Source: an uncultured Rhodospirillaceae bacterium
Lineage (GTDB): Bacteria > Pseudomonadota > Alphaproteobacteria > MPNO01 > UBA2964
DNA length: 53,091 nucleotides
Direction: 5' to 3'
Assembly (NCBI GenBank): GCA_964479475.1
Contig: CAYZMI010000005.1
Span: forward strand, 11,819 to 64,909
The notes under the pieces were generated by a model. The model ran no database searches. It worked only from the letters and a program-made list of their open reading frames with translations, and was not told where the DNA came from. Position numbers and translations under genes: made by a program. This document shows positions 10,050 to 20,088 of the stretch, one piece after another. How positions within the stretch are numbered: the stretch's first letter is position 1; each line of letters opens with the position of its first letter.

Positions 10050-10156
10050 ATTTGCGGATTGTTAATCAGAATTTCAGAAAGGCTTGTCTAAACCAAAATT
10101 GGCGATCCTATATTCAAAAGCCTAAATGAAATTTAGCTAATTAAAAAAAGAAAGAC

Positions 10157-10681
10157 TCAAACTAACCCTGCAACCCAATCTTCCAACGGCTTAAAACTTG
10201 GGTCTGCGCGGCACTTTTGTTCATTAGCTAGCAATATCTCTTCATCAGATAGGGAGAAGTCCAACGCTGTTCTATTGGGTTGGGTAACATACCAAGATGT
10301 TGGAATGTACACCTCAACTCTGTTGTCTTCGGGATCCCAGAAATAAACCGACAGCGCATTGCCATGATCTATAGGTTCAACCTTTGGAACACCGGCCTCT
10401 ATTAATAGATCGTAAGTGGTCCGCAAATCAGCCACCGTTTGGGCACGAAAGGAAATTTGGTTGACCGTATTGAACGATCCCTCAGGTCTTCCACTCATTA
10501 CCACAATTTCATGATGCTCTTCGGCCGGATCGCGAGTTAGAAAGGCTATTTCTTCACCGCGAAATGGACCGCGATCAGCAACCTTAAATCCGAGCACCTC
10601 CTTATAAAAATCGACGATCGCATTAATATTGTTGACATATATTCCCACGTGCCGAAGCGTCACATCCGGTAATTTTCCCAT
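10157..10681 (-). CDS. VOC-superfamily protein, paralog B
   Basis: It aligns end to end with 7653..8183 (AFLTRDPAEEHHEIV, TVNQISF, IDHGNALSVYFWDPEDNRVEVY, C-terminal CRADPSF..EDW). The ATG at 10681 has a GGAGG 7 nt upstream and matches the paralog N-terminus. Confidence 0.75.
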   Translation of the reverse strand: MGKLPDVTLRHVGIYVNNINAIVDFYKEVLGFKVADRGPFRGEEIAFLTRDPAEEHHEIVVMSGRPEGSFNTVNQISFRAQTVADLRTTYDLLIEAGVPKVEPIDHGNALSVYFWDPEDNRVEVYIPTSWYVTQPNRTALDFSLSDEEILLANEQKCRADPSFKPLEDWVAGLV

Positions 10682-10768
10682 CCCGGGCCTCCAAATTTTG
10701 TCCATAGCCCATTGTAACCATCCCGTATCTAGATGTAGAGCGGCAAAATGGCAGACTATTCTGGCGTG

Positions 10769-11455
10769 TTATCGTGGGGCATGCGAAGTGTTATATGCAG
10801 CTTTGCGCTGTTTAACGATTGCGACTTCACTGGGAGTCAGCACCTGTATCACCGCATCACGGGCACTTGCAGCACCCGGAATGTTCTGCTCCGTAGCCAA
10901 TAATAGCCACAAACAACCCTCCATCTTGGCGGCACGGTCTTCGCTACTAGCTAACAACAAACCGAGATTGAGACGGGCATCGCCTAGTCCGTACTTGGCT
11001 GCCAAACGGTAGTAGTATTTAGCTTTAGCGAGATTAGCGTCGACGCCAAGGCCACGCTCTAAGAGATAAGCGACATTAAGTGCTGCTTCGGCCACGCCCC
11101 GCGACGCCGCGCTGAGGTACAATGAGACCGCTTTACCGAGGTCCAAGGGCACACCACTGCCATTTTGATACATCCTACCCAGCCGGAACTGGGCCATTGG
11201 GTGGCTTTGTGCTGCCGCAGAGCGGTACCAGCGAGCCGCCTTAAATAGGTCACGCGGTCCGCCAGTCCCGGTTTCTAACTTATACCCCAATAAATATTGC
11301 GCGGCAGACGAGCCGTCTTTCGCCGCCTTTTCATACCAACGTATCGCTTCCCCATAGGTCTGAGCCATGGCAGCTGGTAAAAGGAACACTGGCAACATCA
11401 GCCACAAAACAGCGACAAGTATTTTGTGAATGTGCACGAACTTAGCGTGCTTCAT
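10769..11455 (-). CDS. Secreted Sel1-like (SLR/TPR-like) repeat protein
   Basis: A signal peptide (MKHAKFVHIHKILVAVLWLMLPVFLLPAAMAQ) is followed by repeated A..WY..AA..G...AQ..LG..Y..G.GV modules. The ORF track's longer N-terminus to 11593 is unlikely. Confidence 0.8.
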   Translation of the reverse strand: MKHAKFVHIHKILVAVLWLMLPVFLLPAAMAQTYGEAIRWYEKAAKDGSSAAQYLLGYKLETGTGGPRDLFKAARWYRSAAAQSHPMAQFRLGRMYQNGSGVPLDLGKAVSLYLSAASRGVAEAALNVAYLLERGLGVDANLAKAKYYYRLAAKYGLGDARLNLGLLLASSEDRAAKMEGCLWLLLATEQNIPGAASARDAVIQVLTPSEVAIVKQRKAAYNTSHAPR

Positions 11456-11607
11456 CCCCTCCCCCGACCTGTGTAAATGCTTATTATAGGGGCGTTTCCG
11501 ACGAATCGTCAGAAGTCGTCCAACATAGATTCCCTGATTTGGGGAATTTGAACAGTTAGTATCTTGAAGTTGCACTACGGTCTCATAAAACAAGATAAAT
11601 TTGATGG

Positions 11608-13368
11608 TTAACCAGCTTCCAGTAAATCAAATACATCACCGTCTCCGCGTACTCCCTCGACGTGGTATCGGTGCCAAAGTGCGTAAAACAACAACACCCA
11701 CGCCGCGAAACCAGCCCGACGACGATTGCTGCAAAAAATCTTTTCCACAGCGCCAGGTCGGCAGAGGTCAGCGACACCTGCCTGCCGTGCCACCAAAGGT
11801 CCCAGTTTAGAACCCCGGTCTATCAACCACTCACCCACCGGAACGGTAAATCCACGTTTGGCGGAAAACGGTTTCGCCTCAGGCAACATCTTTAGCAACC
11901 ATTTGCGCAAAATCCATTTTCCAATTCGCCCCCGGACCTTTAACTGGTCAGGAAGACGAAATGCCGCCCCAGTAACGGCAGAATCTAAAAGCGGCGTTCG
12001 TCCTTCAACACCATGAGCCATTAAACAACGGTCTAGTTTAATAAGCAGGTCATGTGCTAGCCAATCTGTACAGTCCATCGCCTGCGCAATTTGCAGGGAT
12101 GTGCGGCCAACCCCACCTGCCACGGACTCACTCGTAGCAACTCCTTTACGCCAGTCACGGTTTTCCATACGTGCGACTTCTAGTCCCTCGAGTGCGCCCC
12201 GCGAACGCATCGCCCGCTTATATTGCCACCACGGCCGCATCATAGAGCGATATCGACCATATCCTCCAAATAGTTCGTCACCACCCTCACCGCAGAGAAT
12301 AACTTTAAGCTCTTGGCCGGCAACCGCCGCTAGTTTGTAAGTTGGTAATACTGCGTAATCTGCAACAGGATCGTCCATAACGCGTGCAATATTAGGCAAG
12401 GTTTCCCAAAAATCTTGTTCTGTGAAATCTACTTCGACATGTTCCGCGCCGACCGCTGCAGCCACGGCGCGAGCATGCTCCCTTTCGTCGGTTGCCGAGG
12501 TATTCGAAAAACCAACTGTAAAGGCATTTACAGGACGGTCGTTTAGCTTTGCCATCAATGCGATCACAGCCGATGAATCGACTCCTCCCGATAAAAACAT
12601 GCCGTACGGCACATCACTCCGTTGGTGAACTGTCACACTGTCAAGCAAACTAGCTTCAAGACGCTCTAAGGCGCTCCCTTCATCGATGTTCTCGGGTTCT
12701 CCCTCCGGAAGAGCGGGCAATCTTATACGGCGGGCAATTCTGCCAGCCTCTATAACAAGTGTTTCCCCGGGCAACACCCTGTATATGCCCGGGAAAATTG
12801 TTTCCCTTCCTGTCGTGAACTGCAATTGCAATAGTTCCATTGCTGCATCCGGACGAACATCTGCACAAACGACACCCGATGAGATGAGCGATTGAGGTTC
12901 GGAAGCAAAAGCAAAGCCGAACGAGCCCTCAGCGTAATACAATTGCTTGATGCCGAACGGATCGCGCGCAACGAGCAATTTTCTTTGTACAATGTCGTGG
13001 ATCGCGATCGCATACATACCACGCAGATTTTTTGCGAATGAATCACCGTCTCGTTGATAAAGATGAAGCGGCACTTCACAATCTGACTTTGACGAAAATT
13101 CTACATCAGGTAATTCCTTACAGAGCTCGAGGTAGTTATAAATCTCTGCATTTGCAATAAGCGCAGTGCCACTTTGAAGATAAAAGGGCTGATCTCCCGT
13201 TTCCAAATCGATGATCGCTAAACGCCGATGCGCCATTCCAACACTGTCGACAAAATGCTGGCCGTCACCGTCGGGACCTCGATGGACTAAGCTTTCTTGC
13301 ATAGCCCTAATGGCAGCGCGATTTGGCGGCGCACCCGACGCCGTCATAATCCCTGTGATACCACACAT
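11608..13368 (-). CDS. Asparagine synthase (glutamine-hydrolysing)-family amidotransferase
   Basis: It has the N-terminal nucleophile MCGI and the PP-loop FLSGGVDSS. It is 586 aa. Its start overlaps the upstream GT4 stop by 1 nt (TAATG). Confidence 0.9.
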   Translation of the reverse strand: MCGITGIMTASGAPPNRAAIRAMQESLVHRGPDGDGQHFVDSVGMAHRRLAIIDLETGDQPFYLQSGTALIANAEIYNYLELCKELPDVEFSSKSDCEVPLHLYQRDGDSFAKNLRGMYAIAIHDIVQRKLLVARDPFGIKQLYYAEGSFGFAFASEPQSLISSGVVCADVRPDAAMELLQLQFTTGRETIFPGIYRVLPGETLVIEAGRIARRIRLPALPEGEPENIDEGSALERLEASLLDSVTVHQRSDVPYGMFLSGGVDSSAVIALMAKLNDRPVNAFTVGFSNTSATDEREHARAVAAAVGAEHVEVDFTEQDFWETLPNIARVMDDPVADYAVLPTYKLAAVAGQELKVILCGEGGDELFGGYGRYRSMMRPWWQYKRAMRSRGALEGLEVARMENRDWRKGVATSESVAGGVGRTSLQIAQAMDCTDWLAHDLLIKLDRCLMAHGVEGRTPLLDSAVTGAAFRLPDQLKVRGRIGKWILRKWLLKMLPEAKPFSAKRGFTVPVGEWLIDRGSKLGPLVARQAGVADLCRPGAVEKIFCSNRRRAGFAAWVLLFYALWHRYHVEGVRGDGDVFDLLEAG

Positions 13369-14402
13369 TAGGAAGCAAGCCTTTCGAATAGATCAATATA
13401 TTGCGGAAGGACAACATCTTCCGCGTAATAGGTTTCATAGCGCCTCTTGCCGGCGACGGCCAGTCTCGTAGCCAATCGGGGGTCATCGACCAATTGCCGA
13501 ATTGATTCCGCTAGGGCACCCGAGCTATCGACATCTATTAAAAGTCCCGTTACCTCGTCTTCTATAAGGGCTGAAGGCCCCTCGCTCGCGGCCGCAACAA
13601 TTGGCACATCATGCATCCATGCTTCGATCACGATGTTACCAAAGGGTTCATGCCGCGAAGAGCAAACAAACACATCTGCCGCGGCTAGCAAAGCGGGAAC
13701 ATCATTTCGCCAACCAAGAAATCGAATCCGATCTAGAACGCCCAACTTTTTAGCCAGCTTCTTTAGCTGTCTTTCAAGAGGACCCGCTCCGCCCAGCCAA
13801 AGAAAAGTGTCTGGCAATTGGACCAAAGCTTCGATAAGGGTGTCGAAACCTTTATTTTCATGAAAACGTCCGAGAGCGAGCAATAAATTAACGTCCTCGG
13901 GCGTATCTTGTGCTTCTCTTTCAATGGCTTTCATAGGTTCATATGGCGCAAAGTTGGGAATAACACTCAAATCCTCCACATTCCAACCATGACCAGCATA
14001 GAATTGAGCCAAGTCGTCCGTCGTCACCAAGAGGTGATCGCATCGGTTATAATATTTTGGATCATAATACCCTCTCGGTGTTCCCAAATGGGGAAAAGGC
14101 CGATGGGGGGAAGAAACCGGGCACAACGATGATGCCCTATTCATCCATGTCAGAACAATATCCGGTTTAAAATGTTCGATCTCTCGTTTCAGCACCCATT
14201 TAGTCGAAAAATCGAGTACTCCACCATAACGGCAGGTTAAAATATTTATTCCCGCATCGCGCAAAATCTGTTCCCGGGTTGGTTCAGGTCGAATAATTAA
14301 AGTTTGCGAAATTCCTCTATGGTGAAGCGCCAGTGCTAGACGGGCAAAAAATGTCTCCGCTCCTCCTGCGGCGGCCCCCGCCATCAACTGCAATACCTTC
14401 AT
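13368..14402 (-). CDS. GT4-family (GT-B) glycosyltransferase
   Basis: It has the N-terminal GGAETFF motif and the C-terminal EPFGNIVIEAW (E-x7-E). Its start overlaps the upstream stop (TGATG). Confidence 0.85.
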   Translation of the reverse strand: MKVLQLMAGAAAGGAETFFARLALALHHRGISQTLIIRPEPTREQILRDAGINILTCRYGGVLDFSTKWVLKREIEHFKPDIVLTWMNRASSLCPVSSPHRPFPHLGTPRGYYDPKYYNRCDHLLVTTDDLAQFYAGHGWNVEDLSVIPNFAPYEPMKAIEREAQDTPEDVNLLLALGRFHENKGFDTLIEALVQLPDTFLWLGGAGPLERQLKKLAKKLGVLDRIRFLGWRNDVPALLAAADVFVCSSRHEPFGNIVIEAWMHDVPIVAAASEGPSALIEDEVTGLLIDVDSSGALAESIRQLVDDPRLATRLAVAGKRRYETYYAEDVVLPQYIDLFERLAS

Positions 14403-15436
14403 CAGTCGATGAACTCTTCAAACTTGTCTGCAGCTAATTCCCAAGTCCAACGGCGTTGCGATGAAAGCGACACAGAGCTCTGTTCAAGCCACAACGAATC
14501 GTCATTCAAGAGAAGAACCGCATGTTCAGCGAACGATTCATCGTCATCTGTAACAAAACCAGACTGACCATTGATTACCCTCTCAGGAATACAACCCACA
14601 TTCATTACTACCGCCGGTACTCCTACAGCCTGCGCTTCACCAACTGCCAGGCAAAACGTCTCTCCTGGATCACCCCGATACAACAAAAGTCTAGCATTGG
14701 ACAATTCGTTTGCGAGTTCTTCCTTAGCCACCGGTTCCTTCAAGATAACTCCTTCAGACGCCATAGTCGCCGCTTTGTCGAGTATAGGTTTAATTTTTTC
14801 TAGCCGCGCCACACCGTGTGCGCCATACGTTTTCGCACCGGTAAATAGATGTAGCTCCGCAGTTGGACACTCAGGGCGAATTCTCTTCTGCCAAATATCA
14901 AGCAACGGATCGAGACCACGCAGTGGATTGGAAGTAAATACGGCACGTGGCAATGGTGGTACATCATTTCGAGACACGGATAAAAATTCGTCGGATATTC
15001 CATATGGAATAGTCCGCCGCCCGCCATCTGGTGCCCAGCACGGGTATGTTCGTGCGTGATAATTCCCAGAAAACACAATTGTGGGACTTCTGTGCCATAA
15101 CTTCCACAAGTAACGAAATTTCAATAAATAATTAGCAGGATTATGGATCCAAAATACCGCATTTCGCGCGTTCTTGACCAACAGCAGCAATTTATCGCTC
15201 CTATTAGCAATGTAGAGATCGCAGATATTTGGTGTCCCGCTCGACAATGGAACCCATTCGACCCCATTGCGTTGGATCCTTCTATTGCATTTATTATAAA
15301 CCCGTACACGATGTCCCTTAGCTGCAAGGGCATTGGCCAATGAAACAAATGCCGTCTCGGCACCACCTAAGGGCCCAGAAGCAAGAGAATCCCCATCGAA
15401 TTCGATACCGTCATCTGCCATGACGATATCTGCCAT
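14402..15436 (-). CDS. GT4-like (GT-B) glycosyltransferase
   Basis: It has GGAETAFVSLANALAAKGH and ETFCLAVGEAQAVGVP motifs. The ATG at 15436 overlaps the GT2 stop by 1 nt (TGATG). Confidence 0.75.
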   Translation of the reverse strand: MADIVMADDGIEFDGDSLASGPLGGAETAFVSLANALAAKGHRVRVYNKCNRRIQRNGVEWVPLSSGTPNICDLYIANRSDKLLLLVKNARNAVFWIHNPANYLLKFRYLWKLWHRSPTIVFSGNYHARTYPCWAPDGGRRTIPYGISDEFLSVSRNDVPPLPRAVFTSNPLRGLDPLLDIWQKRIRPECPTAELHLFTGAKTYGAHGVARLEKIKPILDKAATMASEGVILKEPVAKEELANELSNARLLLYRGDPGETFCLAVGEAQAVGVPAVVMNVGCIPERVINGQSGFVTDDDESFAEHAVLLLNDDSLWLEQSSVSLSSQRRWTWELAADKFEEFID

Positions 15437-16197
15437 CAATCACCACCCGAACTCGTTTCAAGACGAGCCTTTAGATAAGACAGCACAGGATATAATCCGG
15501 CTAACAAAGCTATCAAGAACCCATAAGGGCCCTCGCGATAGCCACAACGCACGACATAGCATTTGTAAAATCTTGAGAAAATTCGCCGAATGTTATGTCC
15601 GAATGATCCAATATTACCAGAATCCCGCAGATCCTGAGCGCGTGCGGAGGAATAGCTATCGAGTTTAAGTATCAAACCCGAAATATTTAGATCAACGAAG
15701 TGTTGAATGGGCGTCACAAGCCTCGCACCTTTAGTCCCTAGAAATGTTAGTTTGGGATGTACACGCTCTGATCCCCATATTTTTGCCTTTTTTCTAAAGA
15801 GCGCTGCATGTGCGCCACGCCCGAATGATCCACCCCATCCGTACCGCACAAGACGTTCACCTATATGGTTATCAACCGGTATGTCATGCCAGGTTGCTGA
15901 AGACGTCTTTATCACAACAGAAATTTCTTCAGCTAGTTGGCTTGTTACCCTCTCATCCGCATCAATCTCCAATATCCACGTCCCGTCGCATGCTGCGATC
16001 CCCTGATTTCGTCTATCCCCTTCTCTTTCCCAGTCACCCTCTAAAATCTTGCACCCTTGATCTAAAGCAATCTGTTTTGATCGATCAGTGCAACTATCAA
16101 GCACAACAACAATTTCGTCGGTAAATTTTAATTCTTCCAAGCACTCCAACAGTTGCCGTTCTTCATTATGAACAACCACAAGTGCAGAAAGAGACAT
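15436..16197 (-). CDS. GT2-family glycosyltransferase
   Basis: It has LSALVVVHNEE, VVVLDSCTDRS and an EIDADE (DxD-like) motif. I prefer the ATG at 16197, which has a GAAGGAAG RBS. The ORF track starts at 16239. Confidence 0.8.
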   Translation of the reverse strand: MSLSALVVVHNEERQLLECLEELKFTDEIVVVLDSCTDRSKQIALDQGCKILEGDWEREGDRRNQGIAACDGTWILEIDADERVTSQLAEEISVVIKTSSATWHDIPVDNHIGERLVRYGWGGSFGRGAHAALFRKKAKIWGSERVHPKLTFLGTKGARLVTPIQHFVDLNISGLILKLDSYSSARAQDLRDSGNIGSFGHNIRRIFSRFYKCYVVRCGYREGPYGFLIALLAGLYPVLSYLKARLETSSGGD

Positions 16198-16214
16198 TTT
16201 TCTTCCTTCTGACA

Positions 16215-17171
16215 TCATTTCACTTGACTTCGATTCCATAAATCGATTGTTGCAATTGTTGCATTTTCAACGGTTAGACTCGTCATAAGTGATTGGGTAT
16301 CTAAATGATCAAAATCAGGAGCGCCTACCAATTTTTCATAAGGAATTTCAGTTTTTGCGACAGCACATTTACTTCCCCACGGAGCGTAATTAATTGGAGG
16401 GCTGGGTCCGAACAGTCCCAATGTCGGGACGCCCGTTGCAGCCGAAAGATGCATTAGCCCTGAATCATTACCAATGAATAATTGACAACGGCTTAGACAT
16501 GCGGCTGCAGACAGAATATCAACCGAACCAACTAAATCTATACATCGCTCAGGAGGAATTGAATTTAAAATTGGAAGCGCTAGATCTCTCTCATCTTCAC
16601 CACCTAGGACAGCCACGCGCGCACCGGGCAAAATTCCATCTTTTGCCGTAAGTAAATTCAAGAGAGAAACAAATCGATCAGCAGGCCAAATTTTTGCCGC
16701 CCAATTGGCCGTGGGACCAATTGCAATAATTGGGGTTTCACCGTTCATAAATTCATCAGCATAATTTTCCTCATTCCCCGACCACCAAAGCTTCGGAGAT
16801 GGAGGATCGGGCAATTCCATAAAGTTCGCCAAAGCCTCTACCCGATGGAGGTCGTCGTCGACGCTTTGGAGAACCCGTCTCTTTTTTGCAACTAAAGTCC
16901 AAGCCAACCCAGATCCCCGCAAATCAACGACTAGGTCCCACGCGGTTCCAACTACGTTTTTCCAAAGGCTTAACCAATGTAACGAGAAGGGTTGCTTTAC
17001 CAGAGCAATTCTTCTCAAAACCCCTGGGGTAAATTTAAACAAGGGAGCTGGCAGAGAGCCGCTAGCAATAGTAAAATGCGCATCTTCATATTTTTCGATA
17101 AGATGTTGAAGCAATCCAGTGGATAAAACTGCATCGCCAATGCGCGTAGAGCTAATGAAAAGTATGTTCAT
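16215..17171 (-). CDS. GT9-family glycosyltransferase (LPS heptosyltransferase-like)
   Basis: It has MNILFISSTRIGDAV at the N-terminus and NDSGLMHLSAATGVPTLGLFGPS near the C-terminus, both typical of GT9. Confidence 0.8.
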   Translation of the reverse strand: MNILFISSTRIGDAVLSTGLLQHLIEKYEDAHFTIASGSLPAPLFKFTPGVLRRIALVKQPFSLHWLSLWKNVVGTAWDLVVDLRGSGLAWTLVAKKRRVLQSVDDDLHRVEALANFMELPDPPSPKLWWSGNEENYADEFMNGETPIIAIGPTANWAAKIWPADRFVSLLNLLTAKDGILPGARVAVLGGEDERDLALPILNSIPPERCIDLVGSVDILSAAACLSRCQLFIGNDSGLMHLSAATGVPTLGLFGPSPPINYAPWGSKCAVAKTEIPYEKLVGAPDFDHLDTQSLMTSLTVENATIATIDLWNRSQVK

Positions 17172-17360
17172 CTATGTTCTTTGCGACCCTATCAACAATA
17201 AATTTGTTTGGTAGACGTATTATATAGAATAGGAGGCCGCGAATTTGCACCTGAATTGGTCCTTATCCTGTCTTGCCAGGTGTCGCAAGTCTAACGACGA
17301 TATTGGGTGATATGGAACTTTAAAATGTTTTTTTGTATTAATTGCTCCAGGTGACGTTGT

Positions 17361-18251
17361 ATGGCCGATAAATCATTTATCGCATTACCAAACCGCCGCA
17401 TCATAAATGTTTCCGGTGAAGACGCCCGAGAATTTTTACAGGGACTAATAACCAATGATATGGAGTTGGTTTCAGAAAATCGTGCGGTATTCGCAGCCCT
17501 CCTGACACCACAAGGAAAGTATTTACATGATTTCTTCATTATTGAGAACAAACATGAGTTTTACATTGATTGCGAAAAGGACCGCGTCGAAGACCTGATT
17601 GAGCGTTTCTCCCGATATCGTCTCAGAGCCCGGGTTTCCATACAAGACACTGGTGTAGAGTTAACCGTCTACGCCTTGACCGGAAAAATTAAAACTTTAG
17701 TTGATGGATTATCCATGGGCGAAGGTAGGACCAAACCGTTTGCCGATGGAATTGTATTCGAAGACCCCCGCACGCCAGCGTTAGGAGAGCGCGCAATAAT
17801 TCCGTCTTCAATGGGTAATGATTGCTTTGAACAACTGGGGTTCTTAGAGCTGCCACTCAGCGATTACGATTCCCTTCGGTACACATTAGCTATCCCACAA
17901 GGTTCGCCGGAAATAGTGCCTGAGGTATCGTTCCCTATGGAATATGGATTTGACCGTTTAAATGGTGTGTCGTTCTCAAAGGGGTGCTATGTGGGACAGG
18001 AAGTAACGGTCCGGATGAAGAATCGCGATTTGGTAAAAAAAGACCTTGTTCCGGTCCGAATTGAAGGCAACCTAAACGAAAAAGAAAATAAAATTTATTT
18101 GGGCGATACTTTGGCTGGAGAATTGCGTGGTATTTGTGGTGATTTGGGTCTCGCACTAATTCGAAAAGAACATTTAGATCGAGCATTAACAAAGGGCTCT
18201 ACACTTCAAATCAACGGGTCCCGCGTTTATCCAATAAATTACCTTCGTTAA
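17361..18251 (+). CDS. ygfZ: Folate-binding YgfZ/CAF17-family protein (Fe-S cluster-related)
   Basis: It carries the family signature KGCYVGQE (FSKGCYVGQEVTVRMKNR) and a GcvT-like N-terminal region. 296 aa. Confidence 0.85.
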   Translation: MADKSFIALPNRRIINVSGEDAREFLQGLITNDMELVSENRAVFAALLTPQGKYLHDFFIIENKHEFYIDCEKDRVEDLIERFSRYRLRARVSIQDTGVELTVYALTGKIKTLVDGLSMGEGRTKPFADGIVFEDPRTPALGERAIIPSSMGNDCFEQLGFLELPLSDYDSLRYTLAIPQGSPEIVPEVSFPMEYGFDRLNGVSFSKGCYVGQEVTVRMKNRDLVKKDLVPVRIEGNLNEKENKIYLGDTLAGELRGICGDLGLALIRKEHLDRALTKGSTLQINGSRVYPINYLR

Positions 18252-18483
18252 TCGTTTCAATTTAGATAGCCAACTCAGACAATATTTGAGGCAATTCTAA
18301 AAACCCATTTTTTGCAACAACCTGCTGCCTAGCTACATCGGATACTTAAGGTTGTTTAATGCCATCCCCGGCCGGAATGAAGCGTATATGTTTTGGTCTC
18401 GCCTCAGTACAAAATATTTCGGATAATCTATGTACAAATTGAATAGATTATACGTTACCGCATAACTCTATTAGAATTGAAAT

Positions 18484-20088
18484 GTGGTCACAAAATTATT
18501 TAGGCGTTGTGGTTTGACAAAGAAGAATCACTATAAATTCAATTTAGGCTATTTTAATTACGATGCCGCATTGCAGTATGGTGAACGGCCCGCGCTAATT
18601 GATTTATCTGGCAGCAACCCACGAGAAATTAACCACGCTGAACTAAATCAGCGCATGGATCGTGTGGCTTCTGGACTGTGCACCATGGGCCTTAAAACTG
18701 GTGATCGTCTCCTTCTCGCTATGTCTAACCGCTACGAATTTGTAGAGGCCTTTTTTGGTGCGATGCGGGCCGGGGTCGTACCGATCCCTTTAAATACAAA
18801 GCTAGGCGCGGAAACAATTAGTTTCATCATCGATGATTGTCGCTGCAACGCCGCCATAATCGAGCCTTCTTGTAATCCACAGCTCGAAAATATTATCGAT
18901 AAAAAAGAACTTTCAGTGCGGATCGCGCTTCCGTCGCCTCATTCAGGATGGACAGATTATGACAACTGGATTTCAACAAACAATGTGACGGCATTTCAAT
19001 CTCCAGAAATTCCAGCCGATCAAGTTGCCTTTCTACCCTATACCTCAGGTTCAACTGGGCGACCCAAAGGTGTCCTACTAACGCATTCCGGAATGCTTTG
19101 GGCAATCCGATTGTCGCAAGAATTTTGGCCTTGTACCCCCGAGGACCGAACATTGGTAGCCGGCCCGCTCTATCACAAAAATGCTATGCGGGTATCTATC
19201 AAGCCAAAACTTTATGTAGGCGCTTCCGCCGTAATATTACCAAAGTTCGAGCCTCAAACATTTCTCCGTTCCTTAGCCGACTTTGGCTGTACAGATACCG
19301 GCGGAGTACCCGCGATGTATCGCATGATGCTCGCAGAAGAAGAATTATTGTCAGAACTCCAATTCCCCAATCTAAAAACGCTAGAGATGGGCTCCGCGGT
19401 AGTAGGAGCTGAACTAATCCAAGCCGTTGAGCGAAAATTCGGGGCCCAGGTAGAGGAAGCATATGGTTTGACCGAAGGTGGCGGCCCCCTACGTCAGCCT
19501 ATCGACGGACGCTCAGTTCCCCGAGGTAGTTGTGGCGTAGTTTCCCCCGGTGTCGACATTAAGCTAATGGATGAAAACGGCAAAATTAATCCTCATGAGG
19601 GCGAATTATGGGTGCGTTCTCCTGCCGTTTTGGCGGGTTACAATAACCGACCAGAACTTAATAAGGAGCGCCTCACCGACGGTTGGTTGCATACAAACGA
19701 CATATTTCACAAGGACAAAGATGGATTTTTCTTCTTTAAGGGACGCACTGATGATCAATTTTCCTGTGGCGGCGAAAACATCCAACCAAAGGAGGTCGAA
19801 CTACTTCTCGTTCAGCACCCATCCGTGATTGATGCCGTGGTGGTTCCCATAAAACATGAGGTAAAAGGGCTAGCACCCGCCGCCCTAGTGACGCAAAGAC
19901 CTGATCGGCCTACAGATGAAGTCAACATCAAAAATTTTTGCTTGGAATACGGGCCAGCCTATGCACATCCGCGGCGGGTAATTTGTATCGACAACCTACC
20001 TATAGGCGGTACCGGAAAAGTAGATAGAAAATTAGCTAAAGAAATCGTTGAACAAGCTATTGCCAGCGGGACCACTTTCACGGATTGA
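18484..20088 (+). CDS. AMP-dependent synthetase/ligase (acyl-CoA synthetase family)
   Basis: It has the AMP-binding motif YTSGSTGRPKGV, plus YGLTEGG and GRTDD. The start is uncertain: GTG at 18484 or TTG at about 18514. Confidence 0.85.
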   Translation: MVTKLFRRCGLTKKNHYKFNLGYFNYDAALQYGERPALIDLSGSNPREINHAELNQRMDRVASGLCTMGLKTGDRLLLAMSNRYEFVEAFFGAMRAGVVPIPLNTKLGAETISFIIDDCRCNAAIIEPSCNPQLENIIDKKELSVRIALPSPHSGWTDYDNWISTNNVTAFQSPEIPADQVAFLPYTSGSTGRPKGVLLTHSGMLWAIRLSQEFWPCTPEDRTLVAGPLYHKNAMRVSIKPKLYVGASAVILPKFEPQTFLRSLADFGCTDTGGVPAMYRMMLAEEELLSELQFPNLKTLEMGSAVVGAELIQAVERKFGAQVEEAYGLTEGGGPLRQPIDGRSVPRGSCGVVSPGVDIKLMDENGKINPHEGELWVRSPAVLAGYNNRPELNKERLTDGWLHTNDIFHKDKDGFFFFKGRTDDQFSCGGENIQPKEVELLLVQHPSVIDAVVVPIKHEVKGLAPAALVTQRPDRPTDEVNIKNFCLEYGPAYAHPRRVICIDNLPIGGTGKVDRKLAKEIVEQAIASGTTFTD

